Below, in pieces: positions 7,733 through 14,210 of a stretch of 25,446 nucleotides of DNA. A program made the translations under genes and the position numbers. Position 1 is the stretch's first letter. The number at the start of each line of letters is the position of its first letter. The notes below the pieces were generated by a model that did not search any database, was not told where the DNA came from, and was given only the letters and a program-made list of their open reading frames with translations. This DNA comes from Candidatus Iainarchaeum sp. (GTDB taxonomy: Archaea > Iainarchaeota > Iainarchaeia > JAADDC01): NCBI GenBank assembly GCA_013154145.1, contig JAADDC010000063.1, positions 1 to 25,446 on the forward strand. The letters are read 5' to 3'.

Positions 7733-8505
7733 GAGGAGCAGGGTATCTGCTCGAAGAAGCGGAGCTCCCCGTCGAAGAGGGCGTAGCGGACACCGTCCCT
7801 GTAGTAGCCTCCAGTATCATGGCAGTGGCCGAAGAGCACCGCCACCCTTCGATACAGTCCCCTTCGCTTTCCCCGGAGCTCGTGGGGCGAGTGTCCCTTG
7901 AGGAGGAATAGATCCCTTTCCTCCAGGGCTTTTTCAACGGCGGATAGCTTCCAGAGGGATGGGTTATCCACGCTGACACCACGGAGTGATGTGGAGAACG
8001 GGTCCGAGTCGCTCCAGACGATCTGGAACTCCAGGGAGGGGGTGACCTCCACGCGGGGCAGCGAGCGGATCACATTTGACGGCAGGAAGCCGTGGACGGC
8101 CAGCAGGGGAGGAGCGTAGTAGATCACGGGGAGCAGCTCGTGGAGACGCTCGTAAAGGAGCAACTCAGAGGGGGTCAGGAACCTCACCACGTCGTAGGGA
8201 TAGACAGGGCCCACGTATCGCGGCGACGAGGGGCTTCCCACCTCGTGGTTCCCCCTGAGAAGTATAGCTCCCTCCAGGAAGAGCTCCAAGACCCCCTGAA
8301 TGGTTTCCCGTTGGTGAATCCCCCTGTCGGCGTAGTCGCCGAGAAATATCACCCTGTGGCCCGTTTCCAGGAGCTCCCGGGCGAGGGGGATCACGGAGGG
8401 GTCGCCGTGGAGGTCCCCCACGAAGAATGAAGGAGCGGAGGATTCCACCACGAGCTTGGGGAGCTTCCTTGCCTTCTCTATGGCCTCCAGGAGTAGGTCC
8501 TCCAC
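7699..8505 (-). CDS. PPP-family (PP1/PP2A-like) Ser/Thr protein phosphatase, calcineurin-like metallophosphoesterase
   Basis: GDLHG, GDYADRG, LRGNHE, AVHG, WSD and KGH motifs in correct order; 3' end overlaps the RpiA-like gene by 34 nt. Confidence 0.85.
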   Translation of the reverse strand: MEDLLLEAIEKARKLPKLVVESSAPSFFVGDLHGDPSVIPLARELLETGHRVIFLGDYADRGIHQRETIQGVLELFLEGAILLRGNHEVGSPSSPRYVGPVYPYDVVRFLTPSELLLYERLHELLPVIYYAPPLLAVHGFLPSNVIRSLPRVEVTPSLEFQIVWSDSDPFSTSLRGVSVDNPSLWKLSAVEKALEERDLFLLKGHSPHELRGKRRGLYRRVAVLFGHCHDTGGYYRDGVRYALFDGELRFFEQIPCSSHRELLRTILR

Positions 8506-8526
8506 GAAGGAGAATGAGGGGAAGAG

Positions 8527-8532
8527 CTTATA
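8527..8532 (-). promoter_or_regulatory. Putative TATA box (TATAAG) containing the rpl44e stop codon, serving the phosphatase gene
   Basis: First T is 27 nt before GTG 8505; pyrimidine-rich spacer without SD. Confidence 0.5.
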
Positions 8533-8821
8533 CGTTTACGAGCTCCACCTTCTTCATCCGCTTGTCGATGACGAAGTACGTGTAGTGGCCGCAGACAGAG
8601 CAGCGGGCCAGGAAGGTGGGCTTCTTGTTTTGCTTGTAGACGGTGGTGGTCTTGTGGGCCTTGATCTTGTTGGCGCCGTAGCCCTTGAGCTTGTACTTCC
8701 TCTTGACCCTCTCACCCCAGGCGAGGCCCCTCGTCTGCCTGCGCTTGAACTCCTTGAGGGTGTGCTCCGTGTGGCGGCCGCAGTGCTTGCAGTAGAGCTT
8801 GATCTTCTTGGGGAGTTTCAT
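8528..8821 (-). CDS. rpl44e: 50S ribosomal protein L44e (eL42)
   Basis: MKLPKK...YCKHCGRHTEH...WGER...GYG...KK...RCSVCG zinc-binding pattern; SD GGTGAT upstream. Confidence 0.93.
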   Translation of the reverse strand: MKLPKKIKLYCKHCGRHTEHTLKEFKRRQTRGLAWGERVKRKYKLKGYGANKIKAHKTTTVYKQNKKPTFLARCSVCGHYTYFVIDKRMKKVELVNV

Positions 8822-8854
8822 GGGATCACCGCATAAGCTTTTGCCCTCGGAATC

Positions 8855-8861
8855 TTTTAAA
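8855..8861 (-). promoter_or_regulatory. Putative TATA box (TTTAAAA) containing the cdc6 stop codon, serving rpl44e
   Basis: 40 nt before ATG 8821, leaving a short leader that contains GGTGAT. Confidence 0.45.
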
Positions 8862-10041
8862 GGCTTCTCCTCACGACGGCCAGCAGCTTCGCCGGGTCCA
8901 CGTTGAGGTCCACGATGCGCGTGTTCCCCCTGAAACCCTTGCCCGCCGTCTTCACACTGATGATTCCGTAGGTTTCCAGCTCGTTGAGGTACTCGCGGAA
9001 CTGCCTGTCGCTGACGGGCGTGAGGACGTGGTCTTCCGCCACCTTTCTGTAGTAAGAATAGAGGAGACCCGACGTGACCACCTTCTCCCCTCCGAAGCTG
9101 GACACCCCCTTCTTGCCCAGCTTAAGAGAAGCAAGGGCCATGAGGACGGCCCTGTGCTGTTCTGGCAAGGAAGCCACCATCTCGTAGACGATCTCCTCCT
9201 CTACCAGCTGCCTTGCCCTCTCCACGTGCTCCCTCTCCACCCGCGGGGCGCCCTCCTCCTCGGCGATGTCCCCGGCCCGGAGCAGTAATTGCAGGGCGTA
9301 GCGGGCGTCCCCCGAGTGCTTGGCGGCAAGGGCGGCTGCCAGGGATATGGCCTCCGGGGCCACGGCCCCCTCCTTGAAGGCCTCCTGGGCCCTCTGCTCG
9401 AGGATGATTCTCAGCTGCTCCGCGTTGTAGGGCGGAAAAACCAACTCCACCTCGCAGAGGGTGCTACGGGTCCGGGCGTCCAGCTGCTCCTTGAAGGTGG
9501 GGTTGTTGGATATGCCGATGATGGATATGGAGCCCCTCTCCAGCTCGTCGTTGGCCCGGTTTAAACGATATATGAGGTCCCTGAGCCGCTTGATCATGTC
9601 GATCTCGTCCAGGGCCACCACCAGCCTCAATCCCCTCCCGTCGATGAGCTCCAGGAGTTTGTCGTAGACGGCGGAGGTGGAGTAGCCTATGAGGTCCCGG
9701 GAGGGATCCAGGTGGCGGACCAGCTTCAGGAGCACCGAGTGCTCGCTCTCCCTCATGCCGTTGACGTATATGCCCATGGCAGGGATGTTGTGGGAGCGGG
9801 CGTAGTCGTTGAGGTCAGAGAGGACTTTCTTGGTGACTGCCGTCTTTCCCGTGCCCGTTTTGCCATAGATGAACACGTTCTCTGGTTTCCTGCCCGAGAG
9901 AACGGGCGCTATTTTCTGGGAAAGCTCCCGGATCTCCTCCTCCCTGAAGGGCAGCTCGGAGGGCAGGTAGTGGGGCGAGAGGACGTCCCTGTTCTTGAAG
10001 AGCCTGTACTCCTTCACCACCTCTTCAAAGACGTTGCCCAT
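8857..10041 (-). CDS. cdc6: Orc1/Cdc6 replication initiator (AAA+ plus winged helix)
   Basis: FKNRDVLSPHYLPSELPFREEEI, Walker A GKTGTGKT, Walker B VALDEID, sensor regions ISN and GDARYAL, C-terminal wHTH (FREYLNELETYGII...GFRGNTR). True start ATG 10041 (MGNVFEE); the track extension to 10176 overlaps sepF. Confidence 0.95.
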   Translation of the reverse strand: MGNVFEEVVKEYRLFKNRDVLSPHYLPSELPFREEEIRELSQKIAPVLSGRKPENVFIYGKTGTGKTAVTKKVLSDLNDYARSHNIPAMGIYVNGMRESEHSVLLKLVRHLDPSRDLIGYSTSAVYDKLLELIDGRGLRLVVALDEIDMIKRLRDLIYRLNRANDELERGSISIIGISNNPTFKEQLDARTRSTLCEVELVFPPYNAEQLRIILEQRAQEAFKEGAVAPEAISLAAALAAKHSGDARYALQLLLRAGDIAEEEGAPRVEREHVERARQLVEEEIVYEMVASLPEQHRAVLMALASLKLGKKGVSSFGGEKVVTSGLLYSYYRKVAEDHVLTPVSDRQFREYLNELETYGIISVKTAGKGFRGNTRIVDLNVDPAKLLAVVRRSL

Positions 10042-10053
10042 AATACCCACTCC

Positions 10054-10083
10054 TATTAAAATCCTGCGGGATAACAGTTTATA
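10054..10083. promoter_or_regulatory. Divergent cdc6/sepF promoter region: TATTAAAA (+, 10054-10061), near-palindrome ATCCTGCGGGAT (10061-10072), TTTATA/TATAAA (10078-10083)
   Basis: AT-rich boxes in a 68-nt intergenic spacer; SD GAGGTGAT at 10097-10104 for sepF and GGAG before cdc6. Confidence 0.45.
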
Positions 10084-10109
10084 GAGGTGCATCAGTGAGG
10101 TGATAAGTG

Positions 10110-10466
10110 ATGGGGCTCCTGGACGCCATATTCGGAAGGAAGAGGGAAGAGATTGAGCTGGACGAGTTTCTGGCATCCCTCGAAGAGGGCGAAGAAATCC
10201 TCGAAGAGGCCAAGATGTACGTGAAGCCCATGCAGCTGCTCTCCCAGAAGGATTACGACGTGGTGATCTCCGAGCTGGAGAAGGGCAACATCGTACTGCT
10301 GAACATACGCCCCATGGCCTCCCGGAACATGATGATGGTGAAGGAGGTCGTGGGCAAGATCAAGGACTACGTCCTGGAGCACGGCGGGGACATCGCCAGG
10401 ATCACGGAGTATTACGTTCTCGTGACCCCGCCTGGGGTAAAAATCGTGAAGCGTAGATCCCGATGA
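10110..10466 (+). CDS. sepF: Archaeal cell division protein SepF (FtsZ membrane anchor)
   Basis: N-terminal amphipathic helix MGLLDAIFGRK, acidic linker, core YVKP...ELEKGNIVLLNI...GGDIARI...VLVTPPGVKI. ATG 10110 follows SD GAGGTGAT; GTG 10107 is an alternative. Confidence 0.88.
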   Translation: MGLLDAIFGRKREEIELDEFLASLEEGEEILEEAKMYVKPMQLLSQKDYDVVISELEKGNIVLLNIRPMASRNMMMVKEVVGKIKDYVLEHGGDIARITEYYVLVTPPGVKIVKRRSR

Positions 10467-11167
10467 AGCTGGCCTACCCAGCTCCCACCCTCTCCATTGG
10501 CCTTGACACACTTTCAAAGGTAGTGGCCGATGTACTCAGGAAGAAGCACTGGCACCGCTTCAAGGAGGGCACCGTCAAGCTCGTTTACATTCCCGTCTAC
10601 GTTTTCACCTACGAGGTGTTTCTGGAGGAGAACGGCGTCGTCGTGATGGAACAGACGGGGAAGGTGGCCGTCAACGGAGAGACGGGAGAGCTGCTTGAAC
10701 ACGTTCCCTACGTTCTCGACGAGATGCCCCTGGAGCTGACCACCGAGCCCAAGCACGGCTACCAGATGGAGGTGAGGGACTTCACCCTCTCGAAGGAGGA
10801 GGCCAAGGAGTTGGCTCAAATAAAGTTAGCGTCCCTCCTGAAGCTCCCCAGGTCCGCCATAAAGGTGGTGGGAGGGAACAAGCTCCTCTGGCCCGTCTGG
10901 AAGGTCTGGGTGGAGGTGAGGGAGGGCACCTACCGCCTTGACGTGGACGGCGTCACGGGCATGGTTTTCGGGGCCGAGAAGGTTCCCGAGAGGGAGCTGG
11001 GCTGGTACGAGATCACTCAGCAGGTGCTCACGGAGCTGAGGTCCCCCCGCGGCTGGATAAAGTACCTGAACAAGCTGGCGGAGCTCCTGAGGGTTCCCCC
11101 GTGGGTGGTCTACACCGCGGTCTTCGGACTGATCCTCTACCTGCTTTATATTATCTTCGTCAGGTAG
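10463..11167 (+). CDS. Uncharacterised membrane-anchored protein with two PepSY-like repeats and a C-terminal transmembrane helix
   Basis: Repeats LVYIPVYVF...VAVNGETG and LLWPVWKV...LDVDGVTG; hydrophobic C-terminus VPPWVVYTAVFGLILYLLYIIFV; no N-terminal signal peptide; ATGA overlap with sepF. Confidence 0.75.
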   Translation: MKLAYPAPTLSIGLDTLSKVVADVLRKKHWHRFKEGTVKLVYIPVYVFTYEVFLEENGVVVMEQTGKVAVNGETGELLEHVPYVLDEMPLELTTEPKHGYQMEVRDFTLSKEEAKELAQIKLASLLKLPRSAIKVVGGNKLLWPVWKVWVEVREGTYRLDVDGVTGMVFGAEKVPERELGWYEITQQVLTELRSPRGWIKYLNKLAELLRVPPWVVYTAVFGLILYLLYIIFVR

Positions 11168-11184
11168 TAACAAGCCGTGGTCCC

Positions 11185-11197
11185 CCGTTAAAAACGG
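11185..11197. promoter_or_regulatory. Inverted repeat CCGTT-AAA-AACGG overlapping a TATA-like TTAAAAA (internal promoter, operator or terminator)
   Basis: Perfect 5-bp arms; TTAAAAA starts 31 nt before GTG 11219; followed by a pyrimidine tract. Confidence 0.35.
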
Positions 11198-11218
11198 CGC
11201 TGCTCTCCTTTTCTCGTC

Positions 11219-11647
11219 GTGGAAAAGCCCCTGATCTCCTTCTCAGAGGGCAGCAGCGACGTGGAGAAAAGGCTGCTCTCCCTTGAAAGGGAGCTCCTTT
11301 TACTGAAAAGTCGTGTCCGGAAGCTCGAGGAAGCCCTGAAGGAGTACTTAAAAGAAGAGGAGCCCGAGGAGGCCCTGTTAACCACCCTCGACGTGAGCAA
11401 CCCCCGGGTGGTGGAGATCGTCCTCGACTGGGTCAACTTCATGCTCTCGAAGGTGGGGGAGGAGGAGCTCCCCGTGCTATTGGACTACTACCGCTCCATC
11501 GGCTGGATATCCCGGGAGGTGGCGGAGATGCTCCTCCGCTACGCCCGGGGCATCAGGGTGGAGAGCTACAGGGGGTACATGACCCCCGAGGATCACGTGA
11601 AGAGCCTCGAGTACATAAACCGCATAAGGGAGGCGATGGGAAGATGA
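11219..11647 (+). CDS. Stand-alone ArlD/E (FlaD/E)-domain protein with N-terminal coiled coil
   Basis: IVLDWVNFMLSKVG...LLDYYRSIGWISREV...LLRYARG...EDHVKSLEYINRI matches the recalled Arch_fla_DE consensus (W..yL...G......L.YY..igWis......L.......dH..SL.yi..l); N-terminal heptads VEKRLLSLERELLLLKSRVRKLEEAL. Confidence 0.82.
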   Translation: MEKPLISFSEGSSDVEKRLLSLERELLLLKSRVRKLEEALKEYLKEEEPEEALLTTLDVSNPRVVEIVLDWVNFMLSKVGEEELPVLLDYYRSIGWISREVAEMLLRYARGIRVESYRGYMTPEDHVKSLEYINRIREAMGR

Positions 11648-12417
11648 AGCTGGCCGTGCTCTCGGGGAAGGGCGGTGTGGGCAAGACCCTGCTCTCCATC
11701 AACCTCTCCGTCATCTTTGCCCAGGAGGGCTACAAGGTACTGCTGGTGGATGCCAACTTCTCGGCCCCCACGGTGGCCACCTACTTCAAGACCGTCCCCA
11801 ACACCCACACCATAGACGAAGCCTTGGCAAAGGGTGCCACGGACCTCTCCTCCCTCGTGTGGATACACCCGTCGGGCGTGCACTTCGTGACACCCTCCTT
11901 CAACCTCGTGGGCCTCGACGACGAGACCCTCAGGAACATCTTCACCCTATTATCCCCCCTCTTCCCCAACTACGACTTCGTGATTTTCGACGGTCCTGCC
12001 GGCGTAGAGAAGGACGCCTACTACACGGTTCTCCACTCGGACGCGGCCCTCATCGTCACAAACCCCAACTACCCTGCCCTCTACAACGCCCTGAAGGTCA
12101 ACTACTTCGTCCAGGCCATGAAGAAGCCCGTGGTGGGCGCCGTCCTCAACATGGTCACGGGCAAGGACGAGGTGTCCCGGGAGGAGGCCCAGGCCATCGT
12201 GGAGGCCCCCATCATCGGCGAGATCCCCTATGATCCGGAGGTGAAGAAGGCCGTTAACGCTGGTCAGCCCGTGGTCCTCTACAACCCCAATGCGCCCGCG
12301 TCGAGGGCCATATACCAGATTGCCGAGGCGCTGTTGGGCAGGAAGCTCAGGAGGAAGCCCAGGGGCGGAGGTATCGGCGACATCATCAAGCGCGTCATCG
12401 ACTGGCTGCTGGGATAA
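11644..12417 (+). CDS. minD: MinD/ParA-family ATPase with C-terminal amphipathic membrane-targeting helix
   Basis: Deviant Walker A SGKGGVGKT, LLVDAN, IFDGPAG, VLNMV, IPYDPEVKKA...GQPVV, C-terminal GIGDIIKRVIDWLLG; ATGA overlap with the ArlD/E-domain gene. Confidence 0.9.
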   Translation: MKLAVLSGKGGVGKTLLSINLSVIFAQEGYKVLLVDANFSAPTVATYFKTVPNTHTIDEALAKGATDLSSLVWIHPSGVHFVTPSFNLVGLDDETLRNIFTLLSPLFPNYDFVIFDGPAGVEKDAYYTVLHSDAALIVTNPNYPALYNALKVNYFVQAMKKPVVGAVLNMVTGKDEVSREEAQAIVEAPIIGEIPYDPEVKKAVNAGQPVVLYNPNAPASRAIYQIAEALLGRKLRRKPRGGGIGDIIKRVIDWLLG

Positions 12418-12501
12418 GGGCTTTAAGGTTTCCGAACGTCAGCTTTAAAACACTTTTTAAACTCCTTAAACGACGATCAGCTTCGCCCCGGTGGGGTGCC
12501 C
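12418..12501 (+). promoter_or_regulatory. AT-rich promoter region of the RNA polymerase operon with several TATA-like boxes
   Basis: CTTTAAG 12421, CTTTAAAA 12443, TTTTTAAA 12454, CTTAAA 12465; SD-like GGGGTG before ATG 12502. Confidence 0.6.
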
Positions 12502-12741
12502 ATGGCCAGCAAGAAGCGTTCTATTCTGGACCACGTTTTTGTGCCCAAGGCGAGGATTCTCTCCAAGGAAGAGGTGGAAGAGGTACTCAGGAAGTACAGG
12601 GTGAGCAAGGAGAACCTTCCCAAAATCCTTGAGACCGACCCGGTGGTTGTGGAACTCGGGGCGAAGAAGGGGGACGTCATCGAGTTCATTAGAAACTCCC
12701 CCGTGGCGGGGAAGAGCATCTATTACCGCGTGGTGATATGA
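12502..12741 (+). CDS. rpoH: RNA polymerase subunit Rpo5 (H)
   Basis: ILDHVFVPKARILS...LPKILETDPVV...GDVIEFIRNSPVAG...YYRVV; ATG 12502 preferred over GTG 12496. Confidence 0.97.
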   Translation: MASKKRSILDHVFVPKARILSKEEVEEVLRKYRVSKENLPKILETDPVVVELGAKKGDVIEFIRNSPVAGKSIYYRVVI

Positions 12742-14210
12742 TGGGCTACTGGGAGCTGGTAGACGCCTACTTCAGGCAGGAGACCCTCGTGAGTCAGCAG
12801 ATCGATTCTTACAACCAGTTCGTGGAGGAGCGCATACCCGAGATCATAGAGGAGCACTCCGTCATCGACCCCGAGGTGGGGGACCTGGTCATCGAGGTGA
12901 AGGGCTATCACATAGAGCGACCTTATATGCAAGAAATAGACGGTGCCCACAGGCGCCTCTACCCCATGGAGGCCAGGATCAGGAACCGCAGCTACATGGC
13001 GCCCATCTACCTGGACATGATTGCCATCAGGAGGAACGTGGAGATACAGAGGGCGCGAATAAGGATTGGCGAGATCCCCGTGATGGTCAAGTCCACCCTC
13101 TGCTGGCTGAACGGGCTCTCCCCCAAGGAGCTGGTGGCCCTCGGGGAGGACCCCCTTGACTTCGGCGGCTACTTCATCATCAACGGCGTCGAGAAGGCCC
13201 TCGTGGCCCACGACGAGCCGGCCCCCAACAAGATCATGGTCTCACGGGCCGACGAACAAAAGACGAAGATCATCGCCCAGGTCTTCTCCCGGAGGGGCGC
13301 CTACACGGGGAAGACCATGGTCATCAGGCGAAAGGACGGCATCTGGAACGTTTCCTTCCCCTCCGTGCTCCAGATCCGCTGGACGGTTCTCATGAGGGCC
13401 CTGGGCTTCACGGACGATCAGGAGATCCTGGACGCCCTCATCGGGGAGAAGGAAGTGGTCAACGACGTGCTCCTCAACCTCGAGCAGTCGGAGGTTAAAA
13501 CAGAGGAAGAGGCCCTGGAGATGATAGGTAGAATTGTGGCGCCCGGCCAGATCAGGGAGTACCAGCTCAGGAGGGCCCAGGAGGTCATTGACAACTTCCT
13601 GCTTCCCCACATAGGGACCCAGCCCGAGCACCGCAAGGCCAAGGGCTACTTCCTCATCCGCATGGCCGAGCGCACCTCCGAAGTTTACTACAACCTCCGT
13701 CCTGTGGACGACAAGGATCACCTGGCCAACAAGCGGATAGAGCTTGCGGGCCGCCTCATGGAGACCCTCTTCGTCTTCGCCCTGAGGGCCCTCATCAGGG
13801 ACATCAGGTTCCAGGTGGAGAGGGCCCTGGCCAGGAGGAAGAGGATCAGGCTCCAGACCATCGTGAGGCCCGGTGCCTTCACGGACGCCGTCTACTTCGC
13901 CATGAACACGGGCACCTGGCCCAACAGGAGGACCGGCGTTTCCCAGATCCTCAACAGGACCAACTTCATCGCCCCCATCTACGAGCTCAACAGGGTCAAG
14001 TCCCCCCTCTCCAAGAAGCGAAAGAACTTCGAGGCGAGGGAAGTGCACGGCACCCACTTCGGCCGCTTCTGCCCCATACAAACACCCGAGGGTCAGTCCT
14101 GTGGTCTCGTTAAGTACTTCGCCCTGATGGCCCGCACCACCACGGCCGACGACCCCGAGAGGATTGAAAGGCTCCTGAGAAAGCTTGGTGTCACGACGGT
14201 GGTAGGATGA
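12738..14210 (+). CDS. rpoB'': RNA polymerase subunit Rpo2N (B'')
   Basis: QIDSYNQF, YPMEARIRN..Y.AP, GEIPVMVKS, EDPLDFGGYFIING, DDKDHLANKRIELAG, HGTHFGRFCP..TPEG..CGLVK. Confidence 0.97.
   Translation: MMGYWELVDAYFRQETLVSQQIDSYNQFVEERIPEIIEEHSVIDPEVGDLVIEVKGYHIERPYMQEIDGAHRRLYPMEARIRNRSYMAPIYLDMIAIRRNVEIQRARIRIGEIPVMVKSTLCWLNGLSPKELVALGEDPLDFGGYFIINGVEKALVAHDEPAPNKIMVSRADEQKTKIIAQVFSRRGAYTGKTMVIRRKDGIWNVSFPSVLQIRWTVLMRALGFTDDQEILDALIGEKEVVNDVLLNLEQSEVKTEEEALEMIGRIVAPGQIREYQLRRAQEVIDNFLLPHIGTQPEHRKAKGYFLIRMAERTSEVYYNLRPVDDKDHLANKRIELAGRLMETLFVFALRALIRDIRFQVERALARRKRIRLQTIVRPGAFTDAVYFAMNTGTWPNRRTGVSQILNRTNFIAPIYELNRVKSPLSKKRKNFEAREVHGTHFGRFCPIQTPEGQSCGLVKYFALMARTTTADDPERIERLLRKLGVTTVVG

Noticed and set aside
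7699-8505. Mre11/SbcD nuclease partner for the HerA-like ATPase
   Set aside because: Motifs (GDLHG, GDYADRG, RGNHE, HG, WSD) are PPP-phosphatase type, not Mre11 (DxHLG, GDLFD, GNHD); it is also on the opposite strand.
8822-10109. Replication origin (ORB repeats/DUE) beside cdc6
   Set aside because: Flanking spacers are only 35 and 68 nt and contain no recognisable repeated ORB (TCCAGTGGAAAC..GGGG-type) elements.
10042-10176. N-terminal extension of Cdc6 in the ORF track
   Set aside because: Runs through the promoter spacer and into sepF; homology begins at MGNVFEE (10041).
11219-12417. Archaellum (arl/fla) operon
   Set aside because: Only one ArlD/E-like domain is present; the ATPase is MinD-type, not ArlH/ArlI, and no archaellin or ArlJ is adjacent.
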